Virus record (IMG/VR): IMGVR_UViG_3300024239_000014
Coordinates: 185,641 to 249,640 of that record
Strand: one strand, 5' to 3'
DNA length: 64,000 nt
The position numbers were made by a program, and so were the translations under genes. This document shows, in pieces, positions 9,133 to 18,957 of this stretch (positions within the stretch are counted from its first letter, which is position 1; each line of letters starts with the position of its first letter). Under the pieces are notes generated by a model that was not told where the DNA came from, ran no database searches, and worked only from the letters and a program-made list of their open reading frames with translations.

Positions 9133-9279
9133 TACTCGTCCTCCTCAGGGCGACCCATTACAGACTCGTTGTAAAACGCGCTCAAACGGGCGCTACAGCA
9201 TCCGATGCCGTATCCACGACGACAGCTACTGCCAGCAGCTCGAAAGCCACTAGCGGTGCTCCTGCTGTACCATACGATT

Positions 9280-9306
9280 CGGCATAAAGGAGCCCCGAAG
9301 GGCTCC
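9280..9306 (-). terminator. intrinsic terminator
   Basis: GGAGCCC-TTCG-GGGCTCC followed by TTTATGCCG. Confidence 0.75.
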
Positions 9307-9307
9307 A

Positions 9308-9712
9308 CTAAACAAACGACCGAGTCATTAACTGAATCGCAATCCCACGTTCTTCCACCACCATCATGGATACCGAGGTAATCGGTATTCCTTTCACGAG
9401 GTCCTTAGCAATGGCCAGCAAAGTTAACCACCATGCTAAAATTGGATGAGTTGGGCGACTGTTTTCACGCCAATGCCAGAGCAACTGACCTGCCAGTCCA
9501 ACCATGTCCTCGTCGGGATGAGTGTTGGACAAATCAGGTAGTTCGATAAAAACATCCGTGATCTTCTTGCTGCCATCGTTGACGACTGCTAAACGAACGT
9601 CCTTAAACTCCGGGTTAGTGCCGATCTGACTAACGTCACCCGATAACCGCTCAATAAATGCTGGGCGATTAAGAGAGTTATCTTCCGGACCGAAGTAAAG
9701 CACATACTTCAT
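9308..9712 (-). CDS. hypothetical protein (134 aa)
   Basis: ORF track; stop abuts the terminator. Confidence 0.6.
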   Translation of the reverse strand: MKYVLYFGPEDNSLNRPAFIERLSGDVSQIGTNPEFKDVRLAVVNDGSKKITDVFIELPDLSNTHPDEDMVGLAGQLLWHWRENSRPTHPILAWWLTLLAIAKDLVKGIPITSVSMMVVEERGIAIQLMTRSFV

Positions 9713-9765
9713 TTCGGTTTCACCGGAAATGGTGTCGTTGCGATTGGGTGATATTTGATAACCAT
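9709..9765 (-). CDS. possible 18-aa leader ORF
   Basis: AAGGAG RBS; MVIKYHPIATTPFPVKPK*; stop overlaps the next start (ATGA). Confidence 0.3.
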   Translation of the reverse strand: MVIKYHPIATTPFPVKPK

Positions 9766-9816
9766 GTTAGACCACTCCTTGTTGGGCAGATTATCTGCAT
9801 TCACATCTTAGTCACT

Positions 9817-9860
9817 GCCGTAATAATAGACGGAGGGATGCCCCTCCGTCTCTATGCCGG
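9817..9860. terminator. terminator hairpin downstream of the gp98-101-like operon
   Basis: AGACGGAGGG/CCCTCCGTCT stem; + strand tail CTATGCCGG. Confidence 0.7.
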
Positions 9861-11216
9861 TTAGTTATCAACTTCTGTGCGCATCACAAAGACCGACAAT
9901 ACCACCGTCGTCTGGTGCTTCACCGATCGGGCCATTGTCCCAGCTGCGATTGACACAGATTCCGCGGACAATAAACAACCGTCTATTTGCCGGATGGTTT
10001 CACCGTGCATGTAGAGGAGTCGTACCGGCATACCTGGATGTAAACACCCGATATAACCGTTTTCCCACACCGTCTGAACAACAGATCCGCGGCGTTTAGC
10101 CAAGGCCGTGAGTTCTTCACAGTGGTTATCAGTTACACGGTGGCCAGACACTGGCGTGTAGTGGAGGTTAGTTGGTGACTTGTCGGCTAGGTATTCGTTG
10201 CCGTTCTTACTGCGGTCAATAAAAGCCTTATTTCCCTTGACCTCAGCAAAGCCCTCAAAAACTGTCTTAGAGCGCACGTACCGCGTACCGCTACCCTGGT
10301 TCAACTGATCACGTTCAGAACGATCTACGTGCTTCGTATCGCCCGTAGCGATGATGTAAACGTGACCTCCATCAATTTTGTATGTTCTCTCTTGGTGAGG
10401 GAACTCTCTTGATGGAATATTGGCGATGGTTAAGGTCCTTTTGGAGTTCTTAAACCGGGTAACATCGTACAACGGAAAGACGTACCAATGCCGTTTGTGG
10501 TAGAACGCACCAAGACCAGTGTTGTAGATCCCACCCACTTTCCGTTGCAGGTACTTAGGGAGATCAACCAATCGAACACCGTGTTCGATGATGACGTGAT
10601 CTCGCACTTCGGTGTTGTCAGGTTTAATGAGATCCACACCCAAGCAAGCAATGTCGGCAGAAACCTTTACTCCTTGCGTAAGGTTTGTCAACAGTGTCCG
10701 CATGACACTGGCGGTCGTCTGTTTTACGTAGACACCGCCGATCAGTTTGGTACGGAGTTGGAACACCACATCGTTTAACAGATCAACGTGATATTCCTGG
10801 AAACTCCCCAGGTCGGCATTTGCTGGATTGGTCTCAGCAATAGAGCTGGCTTGGAGTACTTGGTCGTCTTCGTTCGCCAACACGGCTCGATACTCGTAGG
10901 TTTCAATCGGACGGGTATTACCATCCGACTCACCGACTTCCATGACGTTGGTGAAAGTCATACGCACCCGCAAGTCACGGCGGTTACGATACAACTTATT
11001 CCGATAAAGAGCACCGGATAACATAAAACTCAACGAGATCTGGGGAGCAAAGAATTCGGCATAATTCGCGTTAACACGAAACTGCGTAACCTGGTCGGCT
11101 TTTATTTCTTCGCCATTAACCAGGAAAATGGCTTCCCACCGACCAATGGTACCATTACCGCCACGGGCAATGATCTCCTTGATCTCCTGGTACAACGAGC
11201 TGGTTTTGATGGCCAC
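9861..11216 (-). CDS. virion tail/baseplate hub-type protein (phiKZ gp101-like)
   Basis: 451 aa; GIYNTGLGAFY and LHPGMPV motifs; synteny. Confidence 0.6.
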   Translation of the reverse strand: MAIKTSSLYQEIKEIIARGGNGTIGRWEAIFLVNGEEIKADQVTQFRVNANYAEFFAPQISLSFMLSGALYRNKLYRNRRDLRVRMTFTNVMEVGESDGNTRPIETYEYRAVLANEDDQVLQASSIAETNPANADLGSFQEYHVDLLNDVVFQLRTKLIGGVYVKQTTASVMRTLLTNLTQGVKVSADIACLGVDLIKPDNTEVRDHVIIEHGVRLVDLPKYLQRKVGGIYNTGLGAFYHKRHWYVFPLYDVTRFKNSKRTLTIANIPSREFPHQERTYKIDGGHVYIIATGDTKHVDRSERDQLNQGSGTRYVRSKTVFEGFAEVKGNKAFIDRSKNGNEYLADKSPTNLHYTPVSGHRVTDNHCEELTALAKRRGSVVQTVWENGYIGCLHPGMPVRLLYMHGETIRQIDGCLLSAESVSIAAGTMARSVKHQTTVVLSVFVMRTEVDN

Positions 11217-11228
11217 AGCGGACTCCTA

Positions 11229-11798
11229 TCACGACCGCCATTCACGATGACGATGACTGAGGTTGGCGATCTGATCGGACAGCGGCGAATGCTGCGACTG
11301 ACGGATGTTATCGGCCACAGTCTGCTGCCGCACGGTAGGTGGAAGGGCCGATTGAGAAATGAACGAAAAGATCGAATTCGTTTCGCCTTTGCGCGACTCA
11401 GCAATCAAGCCACGGGCCATGAGGTACAATCGATCTGCCAGCGCATCAAGCATTCGGAGGTCGTCGAGCGGCGGTTCACGAACACTGAGCGGGTTTCTGG
11501 CTTCTCTCAACCAGTCATCCAAATGCTCTTTGATGATGTCGTACATCCTCACCGAATCGCGAATGTCGTACAGCTCAATTTTTACCCCCTCGGCGTGCCA
11601 GCGGGCAATCTTGCTGATGGTGGTGGTGTGTTCGCACATCTCCGCAGCACATTCACGGTCCAGATCACGAAACCCTGAAATGGCAACACCGACTTTTTCG
11701 ATTTCACCTTCCAGGTAAGTCGCATACTGCGGGACGCGCACACGGAACGGGTAATGGAACAACTTGTAAGCGGCGTTGTGTGGTTGGTTAACAGTCAT
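11229..11798 (-). CDS. conserved protein (phiKZ gp100-like)
   Basis: 189 aa; synteny and size. Confidence 0.6.
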   Translation of the reverse strand: MTVNQPHNAAYKLFHYPFRVRVPQYATYLEGEIEKVGVAISGFRDLDRECAAEMCEHTTTISKIARWHAEGVKIELYDIRDSVRMYDIIKEHLDDWLREARNPLSVREPPLDDLRMLDALADRLYLMARGLIAESRKGETNSIFSFISQSALPPTVRQQTVADNIRQSQHSPLSDQIANLSHRHREWRS

Positions 11799-11800
11799 GG

Positions 11801-13177
11801 TTACACTCGCTTCATCGCTGCATTAAGAAGTAATACCAGCACAGGGATGTAATAGAAACGCTCCATCAAGCCCCAGTTAGGGACATCGTTGATCAAGCGA
11901 ATCAATACATCCGTATCCAGCTCCATCTTTTCCAGATAGCGCCAGGTCTGATATTCCAGATGTGATTGGCCGTACGTGGACTTGGTGTAGAACCGTTCGG
12001 ACAATACGTAGAAGTCATCGCACCCGACAGGGTGGATCAACGGGACGGTGATTTGATCTGGTGGGATGTCACCGGTGCCGTTTAAGATTCGGTTGCGGAT
12101 GGCGTAGGTCAGTTCGATAGCCTCGATCTCGGGTTCGCTGTAAGGGCTTACCAAACGCTCGTGTGTTATCGCTACATCGCGACCATCAACCGATAACCCT
12201 CGGTTTTTCGGAAAGAGTGTGCGCTCAATGGCCGAAAACCGCAAGCCTCGGAAATACGCTCTCGCTGGTAACTGGCTCACCGATACCGTATCAAACTCAC
12301 GCTCCAACTGATCGATGAGGACAGCATCACCACGAATCAGACATTGCCACAGCGTCAGGACTTCAAAGCCCTGGTCTCCGCCAGGAACGTAGTGCTTGAT
12401 TCGTTTATCCGCAGGTTGGGTCTGGTAAGGGAACCAGTAATCCAGAATGTCCATCATAAACGGGTCGTACGTTTTCTTGTGCTGACGTGGCACCAAGAAG
12501 GTCTTGGTTGCAGCATCGTAACACTGGGCCATGTATCGAACCCGGAGGTCCTCGATGGCTTTCCCCATGACCAAGATGGCATTATGCTCACCTTCGATCA
12601 CGATGGGGTTCTGGCCGCTGATGACAAACTCGCGGTGGAAGTAAGTCGTCTTAACCGTTTTACGTTCGAGATCGACTTTACGTTCTTCCGTCAGGTAATC
12701 CACGACCTGATACTGAATTGCATAAGTCGTATCCCGAAAGATATTCTTCTGTTCGACTTCGGTCACTTCGAACACAGCGCGACGCCCATCGCCAATGTCG
12801 GCAATGAACATATCGCCTTTGTTGGGACGGAACGATGGATAAATCGTACCACCGCCTGACAGTTTGGATTCTGACGTCTCAGCTTCAAATGACGACGTCA
12901 GCGGGTCCGTTACTTTCAGCTCAAACCCGTTGATGACTTGGTACTGCTGCTCAATCGGAGCACGATCGGGCTGTTGGGCAGACACCTCATTATCAGTGGT
13001 CAGCAGCTGGCGGTAGTAGGTTACAATCCAACTACTCCCTTCCACATAAACCAGCATTTGCGATACTGCAGTTTTCTGCGCATCAACAGGCAGGCCTTTG
13101 TAGGGCGTCTTAGATGTGTAAATCGGTTTCTTCTCTTCAGCCACGGGTGTGGCTGCCGGTACAAATAGCGGCGGCAT
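11801..13177 (-). CDS. virion structural protein (phiKZ gp99-like)
   Basis: Likelier start MPPLFVP at 13177 (AAGGGG RBS); YVEGSSW, PNKGDMFIADIGDG and ERFYYIP motifs. Confidence 0.65.
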   Translation of the reverse strand: MPPLFVPAATPVAEEKKPIYTSKTPYKGLPVDAQKTAVSQMLVYVEGSSWIVTYYRQLLTTDNEVSAQQPDRAPIEQQYQVINGFELKVTDPLTSSFEAETSESKLSGGGTIYPSFRPNKGDMFIADIGDGRRAVFEVTEVEQKNIFRDTTYAIQYQVVDYLTEERKVDLERKTVKTTYFHREFVISGQNPIVIEGEHNAILVMGKAIEDLRVRYMAQCYDAATKTFLVPRQHKKTYDPFMMDILDYWFPYQTQPADKRIKHYVPGGDQGFEVLTLWQCLIRGDAVLIDQLEREFDTVSVSQLPARAYFRGLRFSAIERTLFPKNRGLSVDGRDVAITHERLVSPYSEPEIEAIELTYAIRNRILNGTGDIPPDQITVPLIHPVGCDDFYVLSERFYTKSTYGQSHLEYQTWRYLEKMELDTDVLIRLINDVPNWGLMERFYYIPVLVLLLNAAMKRV

Positions 13178-13187
13178 AATAAACCCC

Positions 13188-14780
13188 TTATGCACCCGAA
13201 CCCAGTTTTTCGAGGTACGCCAGTTCTTGTGCTGTAATATCCGCCATTCGGCGAGCATCCACAGTAAAGGACATGACGTGCATGCGAATCACTTCGTGTT
13301 TGGTCCGGTAATGTTCGTTCGTGGTTCGAATCCGGCCGATGGCGCGCCAGAACTCATCGCGCGGTAACGATCCGTCAGAGGCCATCGTGGGGAGGTACCC
13401 CCATTCTTCCAAACGAGGCTCGAGCGCAGTCAGGATGGCTAATGCCAAAGCACCTGATTTACGCAGTCGTTCGATAGCATCGGATGTCAAAATCGTCAGG
13501 TTATTTACCAGCGAAACCCTCAGCCGGTAAGTAAACCGCAGTGACATATCAAACGTCGTTCTGACATTCAGGTCGTCGTCAATCGTGATGCTTTCTGGGT
13601 CTACACGATCATCGTTTTGGAACAACTCTACAACAAACGGACTGTCTATCGAAAACCGCATGTAGTTCGGGTTTTCTCGGATGTAAGGTAGCAGCAACGG
13701 ATGGATGTTGTAAGGACCAAGATTGGTCAAATTACAAACATCGCGGCGGTCGTCCGGCGATACCATGATCAGGATCCGGATGATGGTACTCGTTTGATTT
13801 TGACCGAGGACAGGTAGCCAATCGTCGTAGACCGGATAATGCGCGCCACTAATAGGACGCATGTACTCTGGTGCACCCATGGCCACCTTCAGGCGATTGA
13901 ACGCATGCTGGCTAAACGACGGGGCTTCGTACGCACTTTCAGCCCGGTACGCCTCACACTGACGAATCCAATGTTGAGGAATCAACTGGTTGTGCACGAG
14001 CAGTGGGTAATAAAGCGACAGCGAAATGGGCTTATCGTAGTACAGCTTGTAATCTACGGAAACTTCCCAGATCGCACCGTCTTCACCCTTTTCTTCTTTA
14101 GGTGGGGTATCGAAATCAAAGCGCCCCAGAGCATAAGTCTGGAGTTCTTTAATTGCAATTTCCGGATTACCGCCAACCATGTCCGTGAGCGTCGTGGCCT
14201 TAGGCGTAAAACACTTCTTCAAATACGCCTGAATGTCTTCACCGTATTCTGCTTGATTCTCACGCAGCGTGTGGATGTCAGTCAACATCATCACGACTTT
14301 ATCGGGCATGGCGTAGTAGTATTCCAATGAATGGAAACCTGCACCTCGACCTTCTGCCACCTTACGACGCATCAGGTTGCGCCAGCGTTCCGCGCTTACC
14401 TGACTCTCAGCTCGAAACTTCAAGGTGATGGTCATCTCCATCTTGCTGTACAGCGTTTGAATGCGCAGCTCTAATGAAGGATCTTCAAAGATGGATACCG
14501 TTTCAGGCTTGAAGGTCGGCATGTTCAGGAGTTCGTCTTCCGCGTACTCCTCCGCTACCTGGATAAATACCCGGCGCGTTTGTTTAAACCGTGCTGGATC
14601 AAAGTTACCGTTTTCCAACGCGCTGCCGTTCAGTACCGCGGTCTGGGTGGGCCCTTGAAACAGCACATCGGTATCTTTTTCCAGTCCCATCAGCTTACAA
14701 ATGTGTCTGCTGGCTTCGACTGCTACGGGTCGCGTTACACTGGCCCACGTGTCGTCGAGTTCTAAGATCGCGCGAGGCAT
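13188..14780 (-). CDS. virion structural protein (phiKZ gp98-like)
   Basis: 530 aa; synteny; YPLLVHNQLIP motif. Confidence 0.65.
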   Translation of the reverse strand: MPRAILELDDTWASVTRPVAVEASRHICKLMGLEKDTDVLFQGPTQTAVLNGSALENGNFDPARFKQTRRVFIQVAEEYAEDELLNMPTFKPETVSIFEDPSLELRIQTLYSKMEMTITLKFRAESQVSAERWRNLMRRKVAEGRGAGFHSLEYYYAMPDKVVMMLTDIHTLRENQAEYGEDIQAYLKKCFTPKATTLTDMVGGNPEIAIKELQTYALGRFDFDTPPKEEKGEDGAIWEVSVDYKLYYDKPISLSLYYPLLVHNQLIPQHWIRQCEAYRAESAYEAPSFSQHAFNRLKVAMGAPEYMRPISGAHYPVYDDWLPVLGQNQTSTIIRILIMVSPDDRRDVCNLTNLGPYNIHPLLLPYIRENPNYMRFSIDSPFVVELFQNDDRVDPESITIDDDLNVRTTFDMSLRFTYRLRVSLVNNLTILTSDAIERLRKSGALALAILTALEPRLEEWGYLPTMASDGSLPRDEFWRAIGRIRTTNEHYRTKHEVIRMHVMSFTVDARRMADITAQELAYLEKLGSGA

Positions 14781-14824
14781 AGTGCGCTCCCGTCTTGTTG
14801 ATTTTTAACATTCCATACGATGAA

Positions 14825-14859
14825 CGGCAAAAAGGTGGGGGCCGAAGCCCCCACCCTCA
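14825..14859 (-). terminator. intrinsic terminator
   Basis: GGTGGGGGC-TTCG-GCCCCCACC followed by TTTTTGCCG. Confidence 0.75.
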
Positions 14860-14954
14860 ACCAACCACACAATCCAGAGAGAAAGACGTCGCGGTATCGC
14901 CACCAACGATAACACGATTAGACAGGACGGAGAAGACCTGCCTATATCATTACA

Positions 14955-16220
14955 TCACTTCAATCCGCCGGTCAAATTGCGCATAGCCAAACGCAAAACC
15001 GAACGACCCACCTGCGACAGGTAGTTAGCGTACTCAAGCTGAACTTTGGAGGTCCACGATGAATACGTATTGATGAAGTCGACTGCGGTGCGGTAATAGG
15101 TTACCGGTCCTTTACGAGCTTCATCACCACTGCGCATGTTTGCCACTCGCTTGCGAACGGATTCCAATGCCGCCTCAGCACGACGGCTCTGATCAAGCAC
15201 GTCGCTACTGGTGAAGGTTTTTCCTTTAGCAATGACATCAGCCATCGCTGTGGCCATGGCCGCCACCCCTTCAGCAAAGAACGCCGGAATGACCGCTTCG
15301 GTGTCGTACGCCCGCAGTTGTTCGTAAGTGTCAGTAAAGACGATCTTCGAACGCCGGATCTTCTCAGCGGTGATCAGCACATTACCTTGCTGATTGGTAT
15401 CCCAGTTCACTGAAAAGAAACTGTGATTCCAGAGCAACGCTTCTGATGCCTGCACCTTGCCAGTCGGACCTGCATCAAAGCGGGTGTCAGAAGCCACAGC
15501 ACGAAAACAGAGGGCTGCGACAGGATTGGCCACCCCTTGGGTCATGGCGTTGCATGCGGCAATCAGGCTGGCTTCAGGTTTGGCGATATCAAACCCATTG
15601 ATGCTGTCAATGAGTCGTTTACCGACATTCGGCATCTGCTTGCTGTAATGGACAAACAAGGCATCTGCAAAAGTGTTCAGTTTATCAATCGCGTTGGTAA
15701 CGTCAGAATGAGTCGCCGGGAGCTTATTACCTGCTGCGAGGTAGCGAGCTTCAATCCCTAAACGAATTTCGCCTTTAGGGACGAGGTGGGTACGGCGTTT
15801 TGCCGCCTCGGCAGCGCGACGCAGTCCTCGCTCGCAATTCGTAAGCAGGTCCCAGAGTCCGGTAGCTGCTTTACGAATCATTGCCCACAACCGCTTAAGG
15901 CCGTCGATGATCTTCTCGAGAATCATCAGCGCACCGTCAACGAAACCTTCAGCGCTGTAAGACGTCATGACAGCATCGGGATTCAGGCCAGGTTCATCCA
16001 GCCCTACGATCGCCAACATACGTGCCTTATCGGCGCTCAGATCCAAACCTTCCAGCACCAGCGCTACTGCTTCGAGATTGAATGACTTACGCGAGGCTTC
16101 ATCCAAGGTATTGTGCATCTGATCGACGCGTTTAATCTCTTCGGTGGCTTCAGTGGCCTTGTCGACGAGAGCATCTTCTTCCAACACGTCGATGTACGTA
16201 TCAGGATTAAGTTCAGACAT
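14955..16220 (-). CDS. internal head protein with cleavable propeptide (phiKZ gp93-97 family-like)
   Basis: Likelier start MSELNPD at 16220 (GAGG). Acidic N-terminus, YSAEG site, then helical LKRLWAMIRK segment. Confidence 0.65.
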   Translation of the reverse strand: MSELNPDTYIDVLEEDALVDKATEATEEIKRVDQMHNTLDEASRKSFNLEAVALVLEGLDLSADKARMLAIVGLDEPGLNPDAVMTSYSAEGFVDGALMILEKIIDGLKRLWAMIRKAATGLWDLLTNCERGLRRAAEAAKRRTHLVPKGEIRLGIEARYLAAGNKLPATHSDVTNAIDKLNTFADALFVHYSKQMPNVGKRLIDSINGFDIAKPEASLIAACNAMTQGVANPVAALCFRAVASDTRFDAGPTGKVQASEALLWNHSFFSVNWDTNQQGNVLITAEKIRRSKIVFTDTYEQLRAYDTEAVIPAFFAEGVAAMATAMADVIAKGKTFTSSDVLDQSRRAEAALESVRKRVANMRSGDEARKGPVTYYRTAVDFINTYSSWTSKVQLEYANYLSQVGRSVLRLAMRNLTGGLK

Positions 16221-16226
16221 AGTGTC

Positions 16227-16265
16227 CTCGCTGACACAGAGGGAGGCCATTAGGCCTCCCTCTGG
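16227..16265 (-). terminator. hairpin between head protein genes
   Basis: AGAGGGAGGCC-loop-GGCCTCCCTCT (16238-16263); no U-tract. Confidence 0.5.
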
Positions 16266-16269
16266 TGGA

Positions 16270-17499
16270 TTACGTCTGTGCCCGCTTACCGCCCCAGTTC
16301 GCCAACACCAGGTTGACGTACTTGACTGCATAGCTGGTCACGTTGATCGCGTAGACCGAGAAGTCTTTGCCGAGGGTAATGGTGTCACGTCCGATGGCGC
16401 GAGCACGTGCCTGCACTTCGGCAGTATTGTGACCACCAGCAGGACCTTCCACTTTCGACCATTCGGTTTCGAACTTCTTGACCGCGTTTTCGATGCCGAG
16501 CCAGTTCTTCTCGTGGCCGTTGATGGCGGTCAGGACTGCTTTACAGTCTTCGAGGATGGCTTTCATCTCGCTCTTCGACAGCATGGTGCCCACAGGGTCC
16601 TTGGCGTCGGCGGTGACTTCCACCACGAACTTCAGAGCGTTACCAGTGTTCTCGTCTTCTTCACCGACGAGGGTGAAACGAGCATGACCTGGCAAGTTGC
16701 TGACGTTGGCGAGATGTTTCAGCATGGCTTCTTCGCTGTCACCATCGAGGTCTGGTGCTGCGTCGAACTTGCCGAGGGCTTCAACCATCTTGGGCATGTA
16801 CTCGTTGTACACCTTTTCCGACACAGCTTTCAGTGCACCGGTGCTGGCTTTCAGGTGGACGAAAGACTTCTCGCCTTTCTGACCCAGGTACTTGATGTAC
16901 AGGCCGAGTGACTTGTCGGTGAACGAGCCAACCAGACTCTTCTCTGCGTCCAGGGCCTCGACCTTCTTCATCGCAGCGTCGATGCGGACCACGCAGCCAC
17001 GGCAGAACTGCTTGACCTTGATCCAGATGTCCTTCATCTTGGTCACCAGCTTCTTCAGCCACTCGATGACTTTCGCGTAGGCCTGGGACAGCTTTTCTTT
17101 CACGCTTTCCAGCGACACCTGGGTGGACTGGTAGCGAGTGGTGATGCCACCGAAGTGCTCGGTGGACAGATGGGCGACGGGTGCCAACTTCAGCTGTTTC
17201 ACAGCGGTAGCAAAGGACATCTGCGCCAGCTGAGCTTCGCGAGCGGTCAGACCGCCGGCAGGCAGTGCCGATTCCATTACCATCACGAGTGACTCGAGCG
17301 TGGCGGTGGCTTCGACTTCGGTTTCTTCGGTTGCGGTATCAGTAACTTCCACCGTTTGGACTTCGGTTACGATTTCCGCGTGGACGGCGTCGACATCGAT
17401 CTGATCGGCAGGAACCTGCTCAGGATCAACGGCGACTTCCTGCGACTCAAGGGTCACGAAACCCTTGCTCTTCAGCAGACTGTTCAGCAATTCGGACAT
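16270..17499 (-). CDS. internal head protein with cleavable propeptide
   Basis: Likelier start MSELLNSLL at 17499 (GGAG). TLES/VMES/STEH/SLES sites then KVIEWLKKL helix. Confidence 0.7.
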   Translation of the reverse strand: MSELLNSLLKSKGFVTLESQEVAVDPEQVPADQIDVDAVHAEIVTEVQTVEVTDTATEETEVEATATLESLVMVMESALPAGGLTAREAQLAQMSFATAVKQLKLAPVAHLSTEHFGGITTRYQSTQVSLESVKEKLSQAYAKVIEWLKKLVTKMKDIWIKVKQFCRGCVVRIDAAMKKVEALDAEKSLVGSFTDKSLGLYIKYLGQKGEKSFVHLKASTGALKAVSEKVYNEYMPKMVEALGKFDAAPDLDGDSEEAMLKHLANVSNLPGHARFTLVGEEDENTGNALKFVVEVTADAKDPVGTMLSKSEMKAILEDCKAVLTAINGHEKNWLGIENAVKKFETEWSKVEGPAGGHNTAEVQARARAIGRDTITLGKDFSVYAINVTSYAVKYVNLVLANWGGKRAQT

Positions 17500-17527
17500 G
17501 AGAATGCTCCGTATAAAAAAGGGGTGC

Positions 17528-18067
17528 TTAACCTTTCTGCGGCAGTGACGCAGTGGGGCCAAAGATGACGTACAGGGACGTGATCAGATCCACCAGACCT
17601 CCAGACCATGCCACCCACTCCTGAATCAGGTTGCTGCGGGTATTGGACAGGTTTTTGGCCAGGTCTGCCATGTTAACCGACGGCGCTGGCTGCTTGGGTT
17701 GAATCAAGAGCCCGGACGGGGTTTTCACAGCGGGTGGGTTGAAGAACGCAGTGCGTGATTGAATCATGAACGGCCGCTTGCCGGTTTGCATAAACCGGAG
17801 GCAGTCGACCAAGAACTCTTTCTCAGCAGTACCCAACGCATCATTGACGCTTTGGACCCGGAACCATTCACGACCGGTACCCATCAACCGCACCGCGGTG
17901 CGGAAGACGCGGTCTTTAAAGTTCCAGTCTTTCAGCAGCTCTGGGTTACTGCGAGCCAGGTTAAAAATCGTAACGACTTCCTGGTCCTCGCTGACCGGTG
18001 CATTCGATCCCAGAACAGATACCACACGATAACCGTTCGGGTATTGCTTGAATGCGACATTAGCCAT
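17528..18067 (-). CDS. conserved protein (phiKZ gp91/92 region)
   Basis: 179 aa; synteny. Confidence 0.6.
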   Translation of the reverse strand: MANVAFKQYPNGYRVVSVLGSNAPVSEDQEVVTIFNLARSNPELLKDWNFKDRVFRTAVRLMGTGREWFRVQSVNDALGTAEKEFLVDCLRFMQTGKRPFMIQSRTAFFNPPAVKTPSGLLIQPKQPAPSVNMADLAKNLSNTRSNLIQEWVAWSGGLVDLITSLYVIFGPTASLPQKG

Positions 18068-18944
18068 GACGTTCCTCCCAGGTACGGATCTCGTTATTCA
18101 GGCGAGCAATACGTGCTTCCTGGTAGGCGATCTGTTTGTCCAGAGCGGGATTAGCGCCTGGCTTGTGGTTTTCTTTCATGCGCAGCACTTTGAGTTCCAG
18201 CATGCGTTTTTCTTCCAAAGCGCTCTGGTAACGAGCCACAGCACGGTTGGCAGCCTGCATCCGGAACCAATAGATCGGCGATGTGGACGGCGACAGGAAA
18301 CCGAGCTGGAGTGCATCGGAGCGACTAGCACCCAAGGTACTCTTAACCACGGCATCGTTTTCTTCGTCAACCAGGATTTCAGGAATTTCATCCAGGGCTT
18401 TGGTGAACGCTTTCCGACCTTCAGCGGCAACTGCCAGAACACCCGCATACACCGCGAGGTTCTTTTCCAGGTAACGAACATCTCCTGGGGTGATGTCGTG
18501 TTCGTGACCTAGAGCATGGTGGTCTTCCATCCCAACGATGTGGCGCAACAGCGCACGAGAGTAGTCGGTCATGAAAATGACCAGATCCACCCAACGCAGA
18601 ATGGTGGCTTTGCGATAGGTCAAGCCGTCGCGAGCAATCTCGTCATCGAAAGATTCGACAACCGTGCTTTCCAGATAGGACAAGGTTTCCAGCAGACCAT
18701 TCAGCACACCAATGGTAGCTTTGGCCAGGGCACCTTTGATCTTCCCTCTGAGGTGAGCGCTGATTTTGTCAACCAGCGCTTTGTTTTCAGGAGCTTTGTA
18801 GCCACTACCAAACTGAGCGTCAACAGACTCCCAGCCGGGGATCAGGATTTCACTGATGATCTTTCGCGCAGTGGCGATATCGTCCAGCACCTGAGACCGA
18901 GCCATGCCGGGAATCAGTTTCTTGACGTAATCAAGAATCTTCAT
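18060..18944 (-). CDS. head/inner-body protein (phiKZ gp90-like)
   Basis: 294 aa; helical with C-terminal coiled coil; synteny. Confidence 0.6.
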   Translation of the reverse strand: MKILDYVKKLIPGMARSQVLDDIATARKIISEILIPGWESVDAQFGSGYKAPENKALVDKISAHLRGKIKGALAKATIGVLNGLLETLSYLESTVVESFDDEIARDGLTYRKATILRWVDLVIFMTDYSRALLRHIVGMEDHHALGHEHDITPGDVRYLEKNLAVYAGVLAVAAEGRKAFTKALDEIPEILVDEENDAVVKSTLGASRSDALQLGFLSPSTSPIYWFRMQAANRAVARYQSALEEKRMLELKVLRMKENHKPGANPALDKQIAYQEARIARLNNEIRTWEERHG

Positions 18945-18957
18945 GTTTGGTTACTCC

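Noticed and set aside
9133-9280. Cys-containing open frame upstream of 8503..9132
   Set aside because: No in-frame start codon with an RBS.
14930-14952. CCTATATCA on the + strand as an antisense early promoter
   Set aside because: Only the core box matches; the upstream T(C/T)T and AATCC elements are missing.
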